From a virus, in the IMG/VR virus record IMGVR_UViG_3300042923_000569, positions 195,772 through 259,771 of that record: a DNA stretch of 64,000 nucleotides. One strand, written 5' to 3'. Made by a program: the position numbers and the translations under genes. This document shows positions 54,120-63,547 of this stretch, one piece after another. The notes under the pieces are model-generated. The model did no database searches. It was not told where the DNA came from and saw only the letters and a list, made by a program, of their open reading frames with translations. The stretch's first letter is position 1. Each line of letters begins with the position of its first letter.

Positions 54120-54518
54120 TTAGTTAATCTTGGTACATTTTGGTGATTCACCGGTACTGAGAATATCACCTTCAGAATTTTGGGTAATGATAGTAGCACT
54201 GTTACTTTTCTTGTAAACATAAATTACAGTACTACCAGTACTATCTTCATCGTAATAGATATACGTAGTGCGATCTTCATGGAAATCCACACCAGAAGTA
54301 TCTAATGCAGTTTTCCATTTCTTACGTGGATTTTTCTCATCAGTTACTTTAAAGTTGCATGAGAATACCGGGTAATTATCTTTCTTCTTTGGTTCAGAAC
54401 GAAGGGTTTCGATCTGTTTGAAAGTATCTTGGGTGTTATCGTTAATCAGGCGTTCAAGTTCAGTTGCTTGAGCTGAGAAGGACAGGACCAGTACTGTAGC
54501 GATGATTAAACGTTTCAT
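54120..54518 (-). CDS. secreted/periplasmic protein (~132 aa with signal peptide)
   Basis: internal start MKRLIIATVLVLSFSAQA; the track ORF extends to 54578. Confidence 0.55.
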   Translation of the reverse strand: MKRLIIATVLVLSFSAQATELERLINDNTQDTFKQIETLRSEPKKKDNYPVFSCNFKVTDEKNPRKKWKTALDTSGVDFHEDRTTYIYYDEDSTGSTVIYVYKKSNSATIITQNSEGDILSTGESPKCTKIN

Positions 54519-54556
54519 TTTATTTCTCTCAGTTAAATTTTGTCCCATCAGAATAG

Positions 54557-54590
54557 CAAAAAGGCTGACCGAAGTCAACCTTTATTTTTT
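54557..54590. terminator. conserved GGCTGACCGAAGTCAACC hairpin terminator
   Basis: aaaaaggctgaccgaagtcaacctttatttttt. Confidence 0.55.
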
Positions 54591-54861
54591 ATTCTGGACG
54601 TTTAACGTCTTTAAGTTTTGGCATTTCCTGAATAACATTAAATGTGTGTAATACATTTTTACGGTCACGAGTACTGTAAACTTTACCTACATTACGTTCA
54701 AAAATGATCATTAGTGTGCTTTCTTGATTCACAAAAATACGATGTTCATCAGTACTGAATGATTTTACAAAACTGAAACCTTGGCTTTTTAAAAGTTCTC
54801 CAAGTTGTTGGATTGGAACCTGCTGCCAACTCTTAATAACACTAAAATCTGTCTTTATCAT
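54589..54861 (-). CDS. hypothetical protein (90 aa)
   Basis: ORF track. Confidence 0.5.
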   Translation of the reverse strand: MIKTDFSVIKSWQQVPIQQLGELLKSQGFSFVKSFSTDEHRIFVNQESTLMIIFERNVGKVYSTRDRKNVLHTFNVIQEMPKLKDVKRPE

Positions 54862-54890
54862 GTTTAATTCCCTTTAACATATGATTTACT

Positions 54891-55232
54891 TTATTTATTC
54901 TCTATACAAATACTAACTAATTCATTTAGTTTAGTACCTTGTTCGTACAACGCTACTAATGTAAAAGCATTCTCTGAGCAGTACTTAACTGCATAACCAA
55001 TATCAGTTCCAGATGCTTCAAGTTCTTTTAATGCTTTAACAATCATCTGATAGATCATAGTACTCGTCTTTTTAACAGGGTCGGGTTGAATCTTACCATT
55101 AGCACAATCAATAATATATCTACGCTTCTGAGATCTGGTTAATCCTGGTGGAATAGTAAAAGTTACACCATTGATATTATGTCTTAACCTGTCAAATTCT
55201 TCAGGGCTTACGATATATTCATTATCTTTCAT
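54891..55232 (-). CDS. hypothetical protein (113 aa)
   Basis: ORF track. Confidence 0.5.
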   Translation of the reverse strand: MKDNEYIVSPEEFDRLRHNINGVTFTIPPGLTRSQKRRYIIDCANGKIQPDPVKKTSTMIYQMIVKALKELEASGTDIGYAVKYCSENAFTLVALYEQGTKLNELVSICIENK

Positions 55233-55489
55233 AACTTACCTACAATTTCATAGTACTTCAATTTAATGAGATAGAGTAGATAGTCCGTATACTTTATCTC
55301 ATTGTCATAACGTTTTCTTACTTTGACTTTATCACTTTCAGTAATACAAGTCTTCATTTCTTTTGCTCTGGACTTCTGCAAAACAGTTAGTTTGTTTGCT
55401 AGTTCTTTAATAGTACTGTTAACTTCATGGCGGTTTTTCCATGAAGCCCTGAGATGATTCAGTGTAGCATATGCACTGAATTTACTCAT
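55229..55489 (-). CDS. hypothetical protein (86 aa)
   Basis: ORF track; 4-nt overlaps. Confidence 0.5.
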   Translation of the reverse strand: MSKFSAYATLNHLRASWKNRHEVNSTIKELANKLTVLQKSRAKEMKTCITESDKVKVRKRYDNEIKYTDYLLYLIKLKYYEIVGKL

Positions 55490-55674
55490 TGAATCCGGTC
55501 CTTTGAGATGTACTTCATTTTATAGTACAAACTATCTAACCGGACTTGATAGATAGCATCAGTAATAAACGCGTCAACTTCTTCTTCAGTATCCCCGGTT
55601 ATTACAAGGTGAATGCTTTCGTATACATCTTCACCCGGCTTAAGACCTTTCAGTAATACATTGTATTCTAACAC
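55486..55674 (-). CDS. hypothetical protein (62 aa)
   Basis: ORF track. Confidence 0.45.
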   Translation of the reverse strand: MLEYNVLLKGLKPGEDVYESIHLVITGDTEEEVDAFITDAIYQVRLDSLYYKMKYISKDRIQ

Positions 55675-55690
55675 AATACACCCCCTAAAA

Positions 55691-56011
55691 TCAATTTAAT
55701 TTTTCAATTAACCTTTTAAAATGATATATAGTAAGACTAACCAAATACCAATAAGCAGAGATAAGAATTCCATATGATAAGTACATGTCTATTGATTGTT
55801 CATTTAAAATAAACATGTTTACAAGACTTAAATTACATAAAATAATTAAAGTATAAGATGCTGGTGTAGAAAGTCTCCACTTAGTTTTGTGTTCTTCTTC
55901 ATTAAAGTTATTTTTAAAACTTAGTTGAAGAATCAAACTTAGAACTCCATAAAAGAACAGTACTGATGGAATTAAAGAAACTACAACAACTACAGCTAAA
56001 AGAATTTCCAT
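55691..56011 (-). CDS. small membrane protein (106 aa)
   Basis: ORF track; hydrophobic. Confidence 0.5.
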   Translation of the reverse strand: MEILLAVVVVVSLIPSVLFFYGVLSLILQLSFKNNFNEEEHKTKWRLSTPASYTLIILCNLSLVNMFILNEQSIDMYLSYGILISAYWYLVSLTIYHFKRLIEKLN

Positions 56012-56060
56012 ATAAAATATCCTATAAAAAAAGGGAGATAATTATATCTCCCTATGATTG

Positions 56061-56381
56061 TTATTTTGTGTCTAACAGATGTACTTTATCTTTGTAGTAG
56101 TGATAGGTAGTCTTTGCATACAGACTTACCATCCATAACCAGAACAGACATGACAGCCAGATTTGTAAATGTGTTACTACATTCCCGTATAGAAGCCCAA
56201 TTAACCACAAACAAATTACGGTATATAGTGGGATTACATTAAAGAATGCAGATTTACTTTTCAGTAGTACCATCGTCGAACCCCACACAGATTTCCGTTG
56301 CTGGAATTTAGTGACGTACAAATCAAATACGAAAAGTAAATTAACTAACGTAGTTCCGATAACGAATCCAAAAATGTTCAT
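56061..56381 (-). CDS. small membrane protein (106 aa)
   Basis: ORF track; hydrophobic. Confidence 0.5.
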   Translation of the reverse strand: MNIFGFVIGTTLVNLLFVFDLYVTKFQQRKSVWGSTMVLLKSKSAFFNVIPLYTVICLWLIGLLYGNVVTHLQIWLSCLFWLWMVSLYAKTTYHYYKDKVHLLDTK

Positions 56382-56382
56382 A

Positions 56383-57165
56383 TTATACCTCTACGTTATT
56401 TTCCCACCACCATTCCAGCTCACCGCCGAATGATTGGATTAGTTCTGGATTATCACGGATATATGATACTACAGTATCCCATCCAAGTACACCATCAGTG
56501 CCTAACTTTTCAATCCAGGGGCGAATCGTCCGGCGGCCTTGAATACACGCGTCACAACCATTTAGGGTTTCTTCACTGAAGTTAGGCACTACAGGGAACC
56601 CAGCGGCGACCAGTACTGCATTTGGTAACAGAATTGGATAGCTGGAAACCTCACAGCTATAATCAAGCTGTTCAAAAATAAACTGCAAAACCGTTTGTTC
56701 TTCAGAAAACTTTTTAGTAAATGAAGTAATAGGGATGTTTGGATTCAGTAACGGCCTGTAGTCATTTGCCTCGAATAATAACTCAATACCAACAGATTCA
56801 AAGTATTCATCAAAAGATATAATACCGTAATTGTACTTATCACTTAAACTAATATGTTTATCAAGTTGTTCTTTATATCGTTCATAGATAAACGAACTAT
56901 TATTTTTGTTTTCAATGAGATTGATACAGAATGAGCATTCAACTTTATGTTTAAACACTTCATCCCAATATTCAATTGGACGCGTATCGAATTTAAAAAT
57001 ACGTCCGTTCACAAAAATACGACCGGCAGCATCCAATTTACGATAAACTTTTAAGTCAATCAAATCAATCTGATCATTAGGTAAGCGGTGCCAGAGAATA
57101 GATTTAACTTCAGCAGAAGTTAGTTCGTTAATATTCTTTTCAGTACTAACACGCAACTCGATCAT
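56383..57165 (-). CDS. hypothetical protein (260 aa) with the C-terminal CxxC...W...IR..P...W domain
   Basis: C-terminus CDACIQGRRTIRPWIEKLGTDGVLGWDTVVSYIRDNPEL; paralog of the 49722..50498 C-terminus. Confidence 0.55.
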   Translation of the reverse strand: MIELRVSTEKNINELTSAEVKSILWHRLPNDQIDLIDLKVYRKLDAAGRIFVNGRIFKFDTRPIEYWDEVFKHKVECSFCINLIENKNNSSFIYERYKEQLDKHISLSDKYNYGIISFDEYFESVGIELLFEANDYRPLLNPNIPITSFTKKFSEEQTVLQFIFEQLDYSCEVSSYPILLPNAVLVAAGFPVVPNFSEETLNGCDACIQGRRTIRPWIEKLGTDGVLGWDTVVSYIRDNPELIQSFGGELEWWWENNVEV

Positions 57166-57628
57166 CTTTTAAAACCTCAATTTTAATTAAGCTAGTACCA
57201 AAAGTTGGGTGTTTATACTCTTGATAAGCAACACCATTAAGATATACAACTTTAACTGGTACGGAAATAGTATTAGAACTAAGTTTTGGAATCCAATTAT
57301 AATCTTCTTTGGTAATCTTTTTAGGCTTAGTGAGATATGAAAAGTTCTTAGAAACAGGTAAAGGATCACCGCTCCAGTACCATTCAAGAAATTCGGTTAG
57401 TTCAGCAAATAGATTACCACGGAGTTGATTACAATCATAGCACATGGGAACAAGGTTGTCAATGCAATTAGAGCCGCCCAATGAACGAAGAAATACGTGA
57501 TCCTGCGTATATCGTACTAAGGTTCCATCCAGCTTTTTAAAGTAGTTTTTACTTACTTGAGGAATACCACAGCACATACAGCAGACATTGCGGTATACTT
57601 GGTTCATATCTTGCATGAGAGACTCCAT
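57146..57628 (-). CDS. HNH endonuclease (160 aa)
   Basis: CCMCCG zinc-finger, then DHVFLRSLGGSNCIDNLVPMCYDCN HNH core. Confidence 0.7.
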   Translation of the reverse strand: MESLMQDMNQVYRNVCCMCCGIPQVSKNYFKKLDGTLVRYTQDHVFLRSLGGSNCIDNLVPMCYDCNQLRGNLFAELTEFLEWYWSGDPLPVSKNFSYLTKPKKITKEDYNWIPKLSSNTISVPVKVVYLNGVAYQEYKHPTFGTSLIKIEVLKDDRVAC

Positions 57629-57690
57629 TCATTGATTTAGGAGTCCATTGTAGCTTAATCAGGGGGTCAGGTCAACCCCCAGGGAGGATT

Positions 57691-58491
57691 TTATTGAACA
57701 GAAACGCTAGATAAAGTTGAAGATAGCCAGGTCAAATCGTCTTTAGCTTCTGATAGATTATTAACATTAGCTAAAATGTGACGGGCAACGAATTCATTCC
57801 ACGAGTACCGTTGGTCACTACGCCCAGCCCATTTAACTACACGACGCCAGCCCAAACGACAAGGATCATATGAACGTAGTTCATTACTGGTCATAGTAGG
57901 TCGAACAGCACCAAAGATTTTAATTTGGTCTTCAGTACTGATAATAGTTGCACCAAATGCTTCAAACAAAGTAGCCTTAAAGCTAACCAATTGATTAAAA
58001 GAAGTTTCCGATACGTTCAAATTACTCCAGTTATCAATGAATGCTTTTGCTAGTTCAACATCTTTCTTTTCACCAACAATCTCACCGAAAAAATGTCCTC
58101 GGTGAGTAGAGTTAGAATTCGTAAGAAGACTAATAATCTGTTCAGTACTCAATGCTTGTTGATAAATTAATGTAACAATATCGTATGAAATTTCTGCTTG
58201 ACGTTCAATAAGATACTCAATACTTTCTTCATCTAATTTACAATTACTAATAACATAATCGATATATAGATTAGTTCCTTCAGTTAATATAAGGAAAATT
58301 TGTAAAGGGATTGGATCTTTTACCATTGACAATACATCAGAATTATATAACTGCATATATTCATCTGGATTGAGATTTGATGCTAGTTGGATTAATTCTT
58401 CTACTGAAATTGGCGAATCTATTTTATATTTTAAAAGGTTATTAGCAACTTCATTAATACTAACTTCCTTAGTAATATTTAAACGTGGCAT
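57691..58491 (-). CDS. hypothetical protein (266 aa)
   Basis: ORF track; C-terminus CRLGWRRVVKW...SWNEFV loosely related to the W-rich domain family. Confidence 0.55.
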   Translation of the reverse strand: MPRLNITKEVSINEVANNLLKYKIDSPISVEELIQLASNLNPDEYMQLYNSDVLSMVKDPIPLQIFLILTEGTNLYIDYVISNCKLDEESIEYLIERQAEISYDIVTLIYQQALSTEQIISLLTNSNSTHRGHFFGEIVGEKKDVELAKAFIDNWSNLNVSETSFNQLVSFKATLFEAFGATIISTEDQIKIFGAVRPTMTSNELRSYDPCRLGWRRVVKWAGRSDQRYSWNEFVARHILANVNNLSEAKDDLTWLSSTLSSVSVQ

Positions 58492-59039
58492 TATAACAGT
58501 TCCTCATCTTTCATTTCTTCAAGGTACTTAATTACTTCAGGGTCATTTGAATGGTGTAGTACGCAGCCTAGATCTAGATCATCGCTATATTTTTTAACAA
58601 AATCCAAATCAATTGATTGTACATTTTCAACATAGAAAAGGCGTATAAGGTTTTTCTCAGCTAGTGCGTTCAAATGTTCTTTTGAAGTACTCTCTGGTAG
58701 ATATTCAAGTATTACGGATTTTTCAATTGCAATATCCATAATTTTATTCATCAAATCGTCGGAACTAACACCCAACTTATTTGATAGTAAAACAATATAC
58801 TCATCATTATTAAGTCGATTAATTATAAAAGCATTAAAAATAGTGTGTAATACTTTACTTCCTGCAATGTCAACAAGTTTAACATACTTTTGTGCATCTT
58901 CAAATCCATGATTGAAAGACGTATATACAATATCACTACCATAAAGTAATTCTACATTATCAGCACCATAGGTTTCAATGGCAGCAATAATTTCATCAAG
59001 ACTACTGGTACTTGTTGACTCAACTACTTTGATATTCAT
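58491..59039 (-). CDS. hypothetical protein (182 aa)
   Basis: ORF track. Confidence 0.55.
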   Translation of the reverse strand: MNIKVVESTSTSSLDEIIAAIETYGADNVELLYGSDIVYTSFNHGFEDAQKYVKLVDIAGSKVLHTIFNAFIINRLNNDEYIVLLSNKLGVSSDDLMNKIMDIAIEKSVILEYLPESTSKEHLNALAEKNLIRLFYVENVQSIDLDFVKKYSDDLDLGCVLHHSNDPEVIKYLEEMKDEELL

Positions 59040-59101
59040 TTTTGTTCCTTTGTTATCTAAATTAAAAAGCCGAACTTAGTTCGGCATTATAAAGTACTTA
59101 A

Positions 59102-60232
59102 TTAGCTCTCAGTATGTTCACGAGACATAAACCGGCCAGTTGCAGGATCACGTGGTGGCATCTTGGCGGCCCGTTCCTGTTTTAGTCGTTCACGTTCTGC
59201 TTGTTGTTGTAGACGTTCTGTATGTTCTTGTTCACGTGCAACAGCTAATTCAGGATTAGCAGCATATGTTTCTTCAACAACGCGATTGAATTGTTCTGGA
59301 TTTAAAACATCCATAAACTCTTCCTGGAACGTAGCATTTGCTTCATCTACACTTACACCCGTTACTGAACTATAATCATTAACATCAATTTCTTTTAGAT
59401 TATAAGTTAATTTTCGTTCTGCACGTTGTACTTGACGTTCAGTGTTATTAACTGCACGTTCTTTCAACCAATCAACGTAACCATTGGCATTCATACGTGG
59501 ATGTTTCTTGTAAAGTACTAACAAGTCATTCCATGTTGGATAACCTTCTGGATCGTTATTAACACGACGATACTTACGTAACCAGATTGAATATGAACGT
59601 TGACCATCACCACACGGATCGCCGCTCATCACACGCTGTTCATTCATAACGGTATAGAGGTTTTCTGGTGGAGTGATACCAATTCGTTCACAATCTTCAA
59701 TAGTTGCATATTCAAGAACATCAGAGTTTTCTAAGTATTCTCGGAACGCATCGTTATAGTTATAGAACTCTTGATATGATTCAACACCTTTATTACGTGC
59801 AAAGTGATCAAAGAAATTATCAACATCCATAATAGTTGAATTTTCATCTAAGAACTTTGGCGTGATACAATGCTGATGTTCTGCATAATCCATGTGAATA
59901 TGCTGTTTATAATTTTCTAAAAATTCAAGCGAGTACTGTTGTTCATTATGAAACATTGAAGTTTCAATTTTAAATTCACGATTTCCGATTTTGTAGTTTG
60001 CTTCAATACAACGAATTAGAGCTTCTTCGTTAATATAATATAGTATATTACTTAAATTAATCCATGAAGCAAGAACATCAGGTGCTGCAACAAACAGACG
60101 ATTTAATAAAACTTTGTTTGATAACTCATCTTGGTAATCTTCAGATTCTTCAAGATAACGCCAAGCAACAATTTTTAATTCAGCTAAGCTAAGATCAAGT
60201 AAGCTGGTTTTATCTGAAATACGAGTAAGCAT
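59102..60232 (-). CDS. hypothetical protein (376 aa); W-rich domain mid-protein, Arg/Glu/Gln-rich C-terminus
   Basis: DPCGDGQRSYSIWLRKY...YPTWNDLLVLYKKHP...GYVDWL. Confidence 0.55.
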   Translation of the reverse strand: MLTRISDKTSLLDLSLAELKIVAWRYLEESEDYQDELSNKVLLNRLFVAAPDVLASWINLSNILYYINEEALIRCIEANYKIGNREFKIETSMFHNEQQYSLEFLENYKQHIHMDYAEHQHCITPKFLDENSTIMDVDNFFDHFARNKGVESYQEFYNYNDAFREYLENSDVLEYATIEDCERIGITPPENLYTVMNEQRVMSGDPCGDGQRSYSIWLRKYRRVNNDPEGYPTWNDLLVLYKKHPRMNANGYVDWLKERAVNNTERQVQRAERKLTYNLKEIDVNDYSSVTGVSVDEANATFQEEFMDVLNPEQFNRVVEETYAANPELAVAREQEHTERLQQQAERERLKQERAAKMPPRDPATGRFMSREHTES

Positions 60233-61032
60233 TATAGAGCCTCAAGTTCACTAAGCATTAAGTTTAAAATAATATCATCGAACCACACGCGTGCCACGGC
60301 ATAAACACCGCAAGTTTTCGCATCGGCTACATATTCTTCCCAATTAGAATAACTTGTTTTGTTATTATTTCGATAGTAATTTACCATATCACGTGTACTA
60401 TGACTAGCCATACTGCGATTATTATCATAATCAGCAGCTAGTACTTCAGCGTTAATAGTACGCATATAATAACGATCCATTACTTCAATGATTGATTTTC
60501 CATTAATAATTGAATAAATCTGTTTAAACACATTCAATACACTATCCCGGGCAGTATCATAACGTACAAAGGATGAAATACGGTCACGATCTTTAGTAAG
60601 ATCAATAAAGTTCAATACATCGCCACGTTCAGCCCTGATACCTAGAAATGCACTTACATCCATACTATCACGGTACAAATCAAAGAATTCTTTATCGATA
60701 TTCCTCTGATTTTCAATATGATATAAAGGAAGTTTTGAAGCATGGTCTTTCAATACTTGAGCAGGGATATTATAATTATGATGGATGATTGAAGTATTAA
60801 CACTTTTAGAATTAATAAAAATCTTAGTAATTTGTTCAGGAGTTAATGAGAAGTTATTAATAATACGGTCTTGTAAACGCTGAGACAAATCACCTTCTAA
60901 CATACGCTCAAACAATTCTTTATCAGATAGAATGTTACGTAATTCGTCACGATCTACTTGGTCAAAACAGAAAGAATTAATATTCTCTGAATTAATTTCA
61001 GATGGTTCAGCCCTTAAATGAATCTTACCCAT
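60232..61032 (-). CDS. hypothetical protein (266 aa)
   Basis: ORF track. Confidence 0.55.
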   Translation of the reverse strand: MGKIHLRAEPSEINSENINSFCFDQVDRDELRNILSDKELFERMLEGDLSQRLQDRIINNFSLTPEQITKIFINSKSVNTSIIHHNYNIPAQVLKDHASKLPLYHIENQRNIDKEFFDLYRDSMDVSAFLGIRAERGDVLNFIDLTKDRDRISSFVRYDTARDSVLNVFKQIYSIINGKSIIEVMDRYYMRTINAEVLAADYDNNRSMASHSTRDMVNYYRNNNKTSYSNWEEYVADAKTCGVYAVARVWFDDIILNLMLSELEAL

Positions 61033-61169
61033 TTAAATTATTACCTTAAAGTTATGGTTAAAAGAATGCTACTCGCCTTGCTTACGCAAGTCAATGATTT
61101 TGTTCTCTGCGAGAATCAAAATCTACTTTAATAATTATTCTGTTATTAAAAGAACCTTTAATATCAAAA

Positions 61170-61640
61170 CACTTATGAAAGTACTTCATAACTTACCTAT
61201 CTTATACTGACAAGATTTGTAGAGGCAATTTCATCCCCCACAAGGGGAACGAATCTGACAATGATAGTCGTCGGTATATTGTATTGAGAATTACTTTTCA
61301 GTACAGAAGCGGGTTGTTCGGTATTCTTCTTATCTCAGTTCTAACAACGGTCGAGGTCTTAGCTCTCTAAGTGCCAGGTCTATACAATCAAACCCAGCAC
61401 CTGAATAGTCATAAAATTTGGACGCAACTATACTGTACAAATTTCGATGCTATTCTCCCTTATACTATTTGGTAAGGTGCATCCTTATATGTCTATCGAG
61501 GAAGTACTGTTAAGTATTAGATGTACTTCTTTATAGTGCCGCATTGCCGAGGGAGGTACAAACTATGCCTTCACCTATCGGGTTTCTTCTGCACTTCGTA
61601 CTGCTTGAACTACTCATCTATCAATTACATTTTCATTGAA
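61170..61640. other. ORF-free structured element, copy B (homologous to 12290-12725)
   Basis: same block structure as copy A; contains a GAGGGAGG-N8-ATG mini-ORF of 24 codons on the plus strand. Confidence 0.5.
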
Positions 61641-61757
61641 GTAGGAACAAAACATTAGGGGCATTACGCCCCTATCAAACAGAGTTTTATTATCACAGGT
61701 ACATTATACCACATTAATCGAAGTCGTTTCAAAAAATGTGTAGATTGTATAGTACCC

Positions 61758-62030
61758 TTAAAGTTTACCGAATGACGCCCATTCAGAGTTAGTCATAACA
61801 CCGACTACACCTTTGTCATTAACGAAAATGATAGTATCACCCGACCAATCTACGCCATGCTGAGTACTTGGTTTTTTGTTAGTACTATAAACTGCAACTA
61901 AGTTAGCACTGAATAAATTATTGAAAAATTCACGCAGTGCAGTACTTTTCTTGAACTCTTCTGTATTGTAGATGAATTCAATAATGTCGTTGTAGTTCTC
62001 TGACAGGTTCAAATCAGAAAGAGCTTCCAT
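61758..62030 (-). CDS. hypothetical protein (90 aa)
   Basis: ORF track. Confidence 0.5.
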   Translation of the reverse strand: MEALSDLNLSENYNDIIEFIYNTEEFKKSTALREFFNNLFSANLVAVYSTNKKPSTQHGVDWSGDTIIFVNDKGVVGVMTNSEWASFGKL

Positions 62031-62283
62031 TAGTAGATACCTTCCAGTTTAACAATAATATTATCAATACCAGGTTTAACCAGGTACAGAGGATCTTTTA
62101 CCATATCCCAAAACCTTACAGCTTTGGAGAGAAATGCTTTACCCGTAACTTCAGTACCGTCAGGTAATGTCAGCGTGTAATCGATGTTACGTAACTGTTG
62201 AGGTTGGGTACAAGTAACTTTCTTACCAACAACATGATTAGTATCTTCATCAACTACTGCATACATATAGATAGTCATGATTG
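62030..62283 (-). CDS. hypothetical protein (~84 aa)
   Basis: track ORF 62030..62491 overlaps the upstream gene by 200 nt; the internal ATG (MTIYMYAVVDED...) sits just after the upstream stop. Confidence 0.45.
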
Positions 62284-62288
62284 CACCC

Positions 62289-62837
62289 TTACAGTACTTC
62301 GACTTTAGTAATTTCGTCGGATAGGTAGTAACGAGTATCGTTAACAACAGTGAAGCGATAGTTATTACCACGACCTTGTTCCCAATCGAGTGTGACATTA
62401 ACAATGTCACCCGATTTAGTTTCCACTTTGAAACTATCATCGTAGCTTGGGTTGTTGTACAGAGAATCCGCCGCACCCTCATTACCGCCAAAATCTTTCA
62501 TTTTGATAGTCACTTCAGTTTCATTGTTTTCCAGCATAACTACTGGAGTTTGCGGGAGTGAAGTTTGCTGCAATACATATTTGATTGCATCTTCAACCGA
62601 ACCGTTAATTTCAGTTTCTTTACCAGATTCAATATTTGTTACCAGTATCGAAAACGGACCAACTGGATAGATGTTACGAGAGGGCCAACATGCACCAGTA
62701 CTGATAGAGATTTCATATCCCATAAAATCAAACTGGCAGCACGCATTAATCTTTTCGCCATAATTGGTATCGAAGTTCAATCCGAAAATAGTGAATCCTT
62801 GAAAATTCTTATCTGAAATCGTCATTTTGTTTCTCAC
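62289..62837 (-). CDS. hypothetical protein (182 aa); its N-domain is paralogous to 62844..63116
   Basis: KNFQGFTIFGLNFD...INACCQFDFMGYEISIS matches KNYQGFAVVGLDFI...TIACCQFIFRGHEISIS. Confidence 0.55.
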   Translation of the reverse strand: MRNKMTISDKNFQGFTIFGLNFDTNYGEKINACCQFDFMGYEISISTGACWPSRNIYPVGPFSILVTNIESGKETEINGSVEDAIKYVLQQTSLPQTPVVMLENNETEVTIKMKDFGGNEGAADSLYNNPSYDDSFKVETKSGDIVNVTLDWEQGRGNNYRFTVVNDTRYYLSDEITKVEVL

Positions 62838-62843
62838 TTAAAA

Positions 62844-63116
62844 TTAGGCTGTTTGATTAATAACATAATCAATTGCGTTTTCTACTGTTCCACTGATGTA
62901 TTTGATTTTACCAGATACTGTGTTAATTACCCTTATTGTTTCAGGTCCAATATTATATACAGCTTGATTTGGATGTTCCGCAGTCGGACTGATGGAAATT
63001 TCATGGCCCCTGAAAATAAATTGACAGCAGGCGATTGTATTTTGACCGAAGTCATCAATAAAATCAAGTCCAACAACGGCAAAGCCCTGATAGTTCTTTT
63101 TGGTCAATGGTTCCAT
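62844..63116 (-). CDS. hypothetical protein (~90 aa), tandem paralog of the 62289..62837 N-domain
   Basis: ATG (MEPLTKKNYQGF...) behind the conserved ttttaattgagaa leader; the track extension to 63185 begins at TTG inside the terminator hairpin. Confidence 0.5.
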   Translation of the reverse strand: MEPLTKKNYQGFAVVGLDFIDDFGQNTIACCQFIFRGHEISISPTAEHPNQAVYNIGPETIRVINTVSGKIKYISGTVENAIDYVINQTA

Positions 63117-63163
63117 TTTATTCTCAATTAAAAGTAATGTTGTTTCGGTAGGAGTACTATAGC

Positions 63164-63196
63164 AAAAAGGGCTGACCGAAGTCAACCCTTATTTTA
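63164..63196. terminator. conserved GGGCTGACCGAAGTCAACCC hairpin terminator
   Basis: exact family copy. Confidence 0.55.
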
Positions 63197-63204
63197 AATT
63201 CTTT

Positions 63205-63537
63205 TTATTTGTTGGCGTAATAATTAAACAAAATATTGATAGCCTGGTTGTCAGCATCTACCTGCCGCTGAATACGCTCTTTCTCCATATGTTCTTTCGC
63301 AAGTTCATACAATTTACGAACAGTATCAGTACGAATATAACGAATTATATCACCGTTACCAAGTATTGATGGTGTTGGGTTATCACCACGAATATCAATT
63401 ACGACTTCAACCGCCCGGTAACGGTTTTTAATTACAACACAGTTATGGTCGCGACCAACATCTGTTTTCACCGAAAAATCTTCTGGATGTTTTTCAAAAA
63501 GTTCCAGGAACTTATCACCGGCTTCAAACTGTTCCAT
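63205..63537 (-). CDS. hypothetical protein (110 aa)
   Basis: ORF track. Confidence 0.5.
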   Translation of the reverse strand: MEQFEAGDKFLELFEKHPEDFSVKTDVGRDHNCVVIKNRYRAVEVVIDIRGDNPTPSILGNGDIIRYIRTDTVRKLYELAKEHMEKERIQRQVDADNQAINILFNYYANK

Positions 63538-63547
63538 TACAATACCC

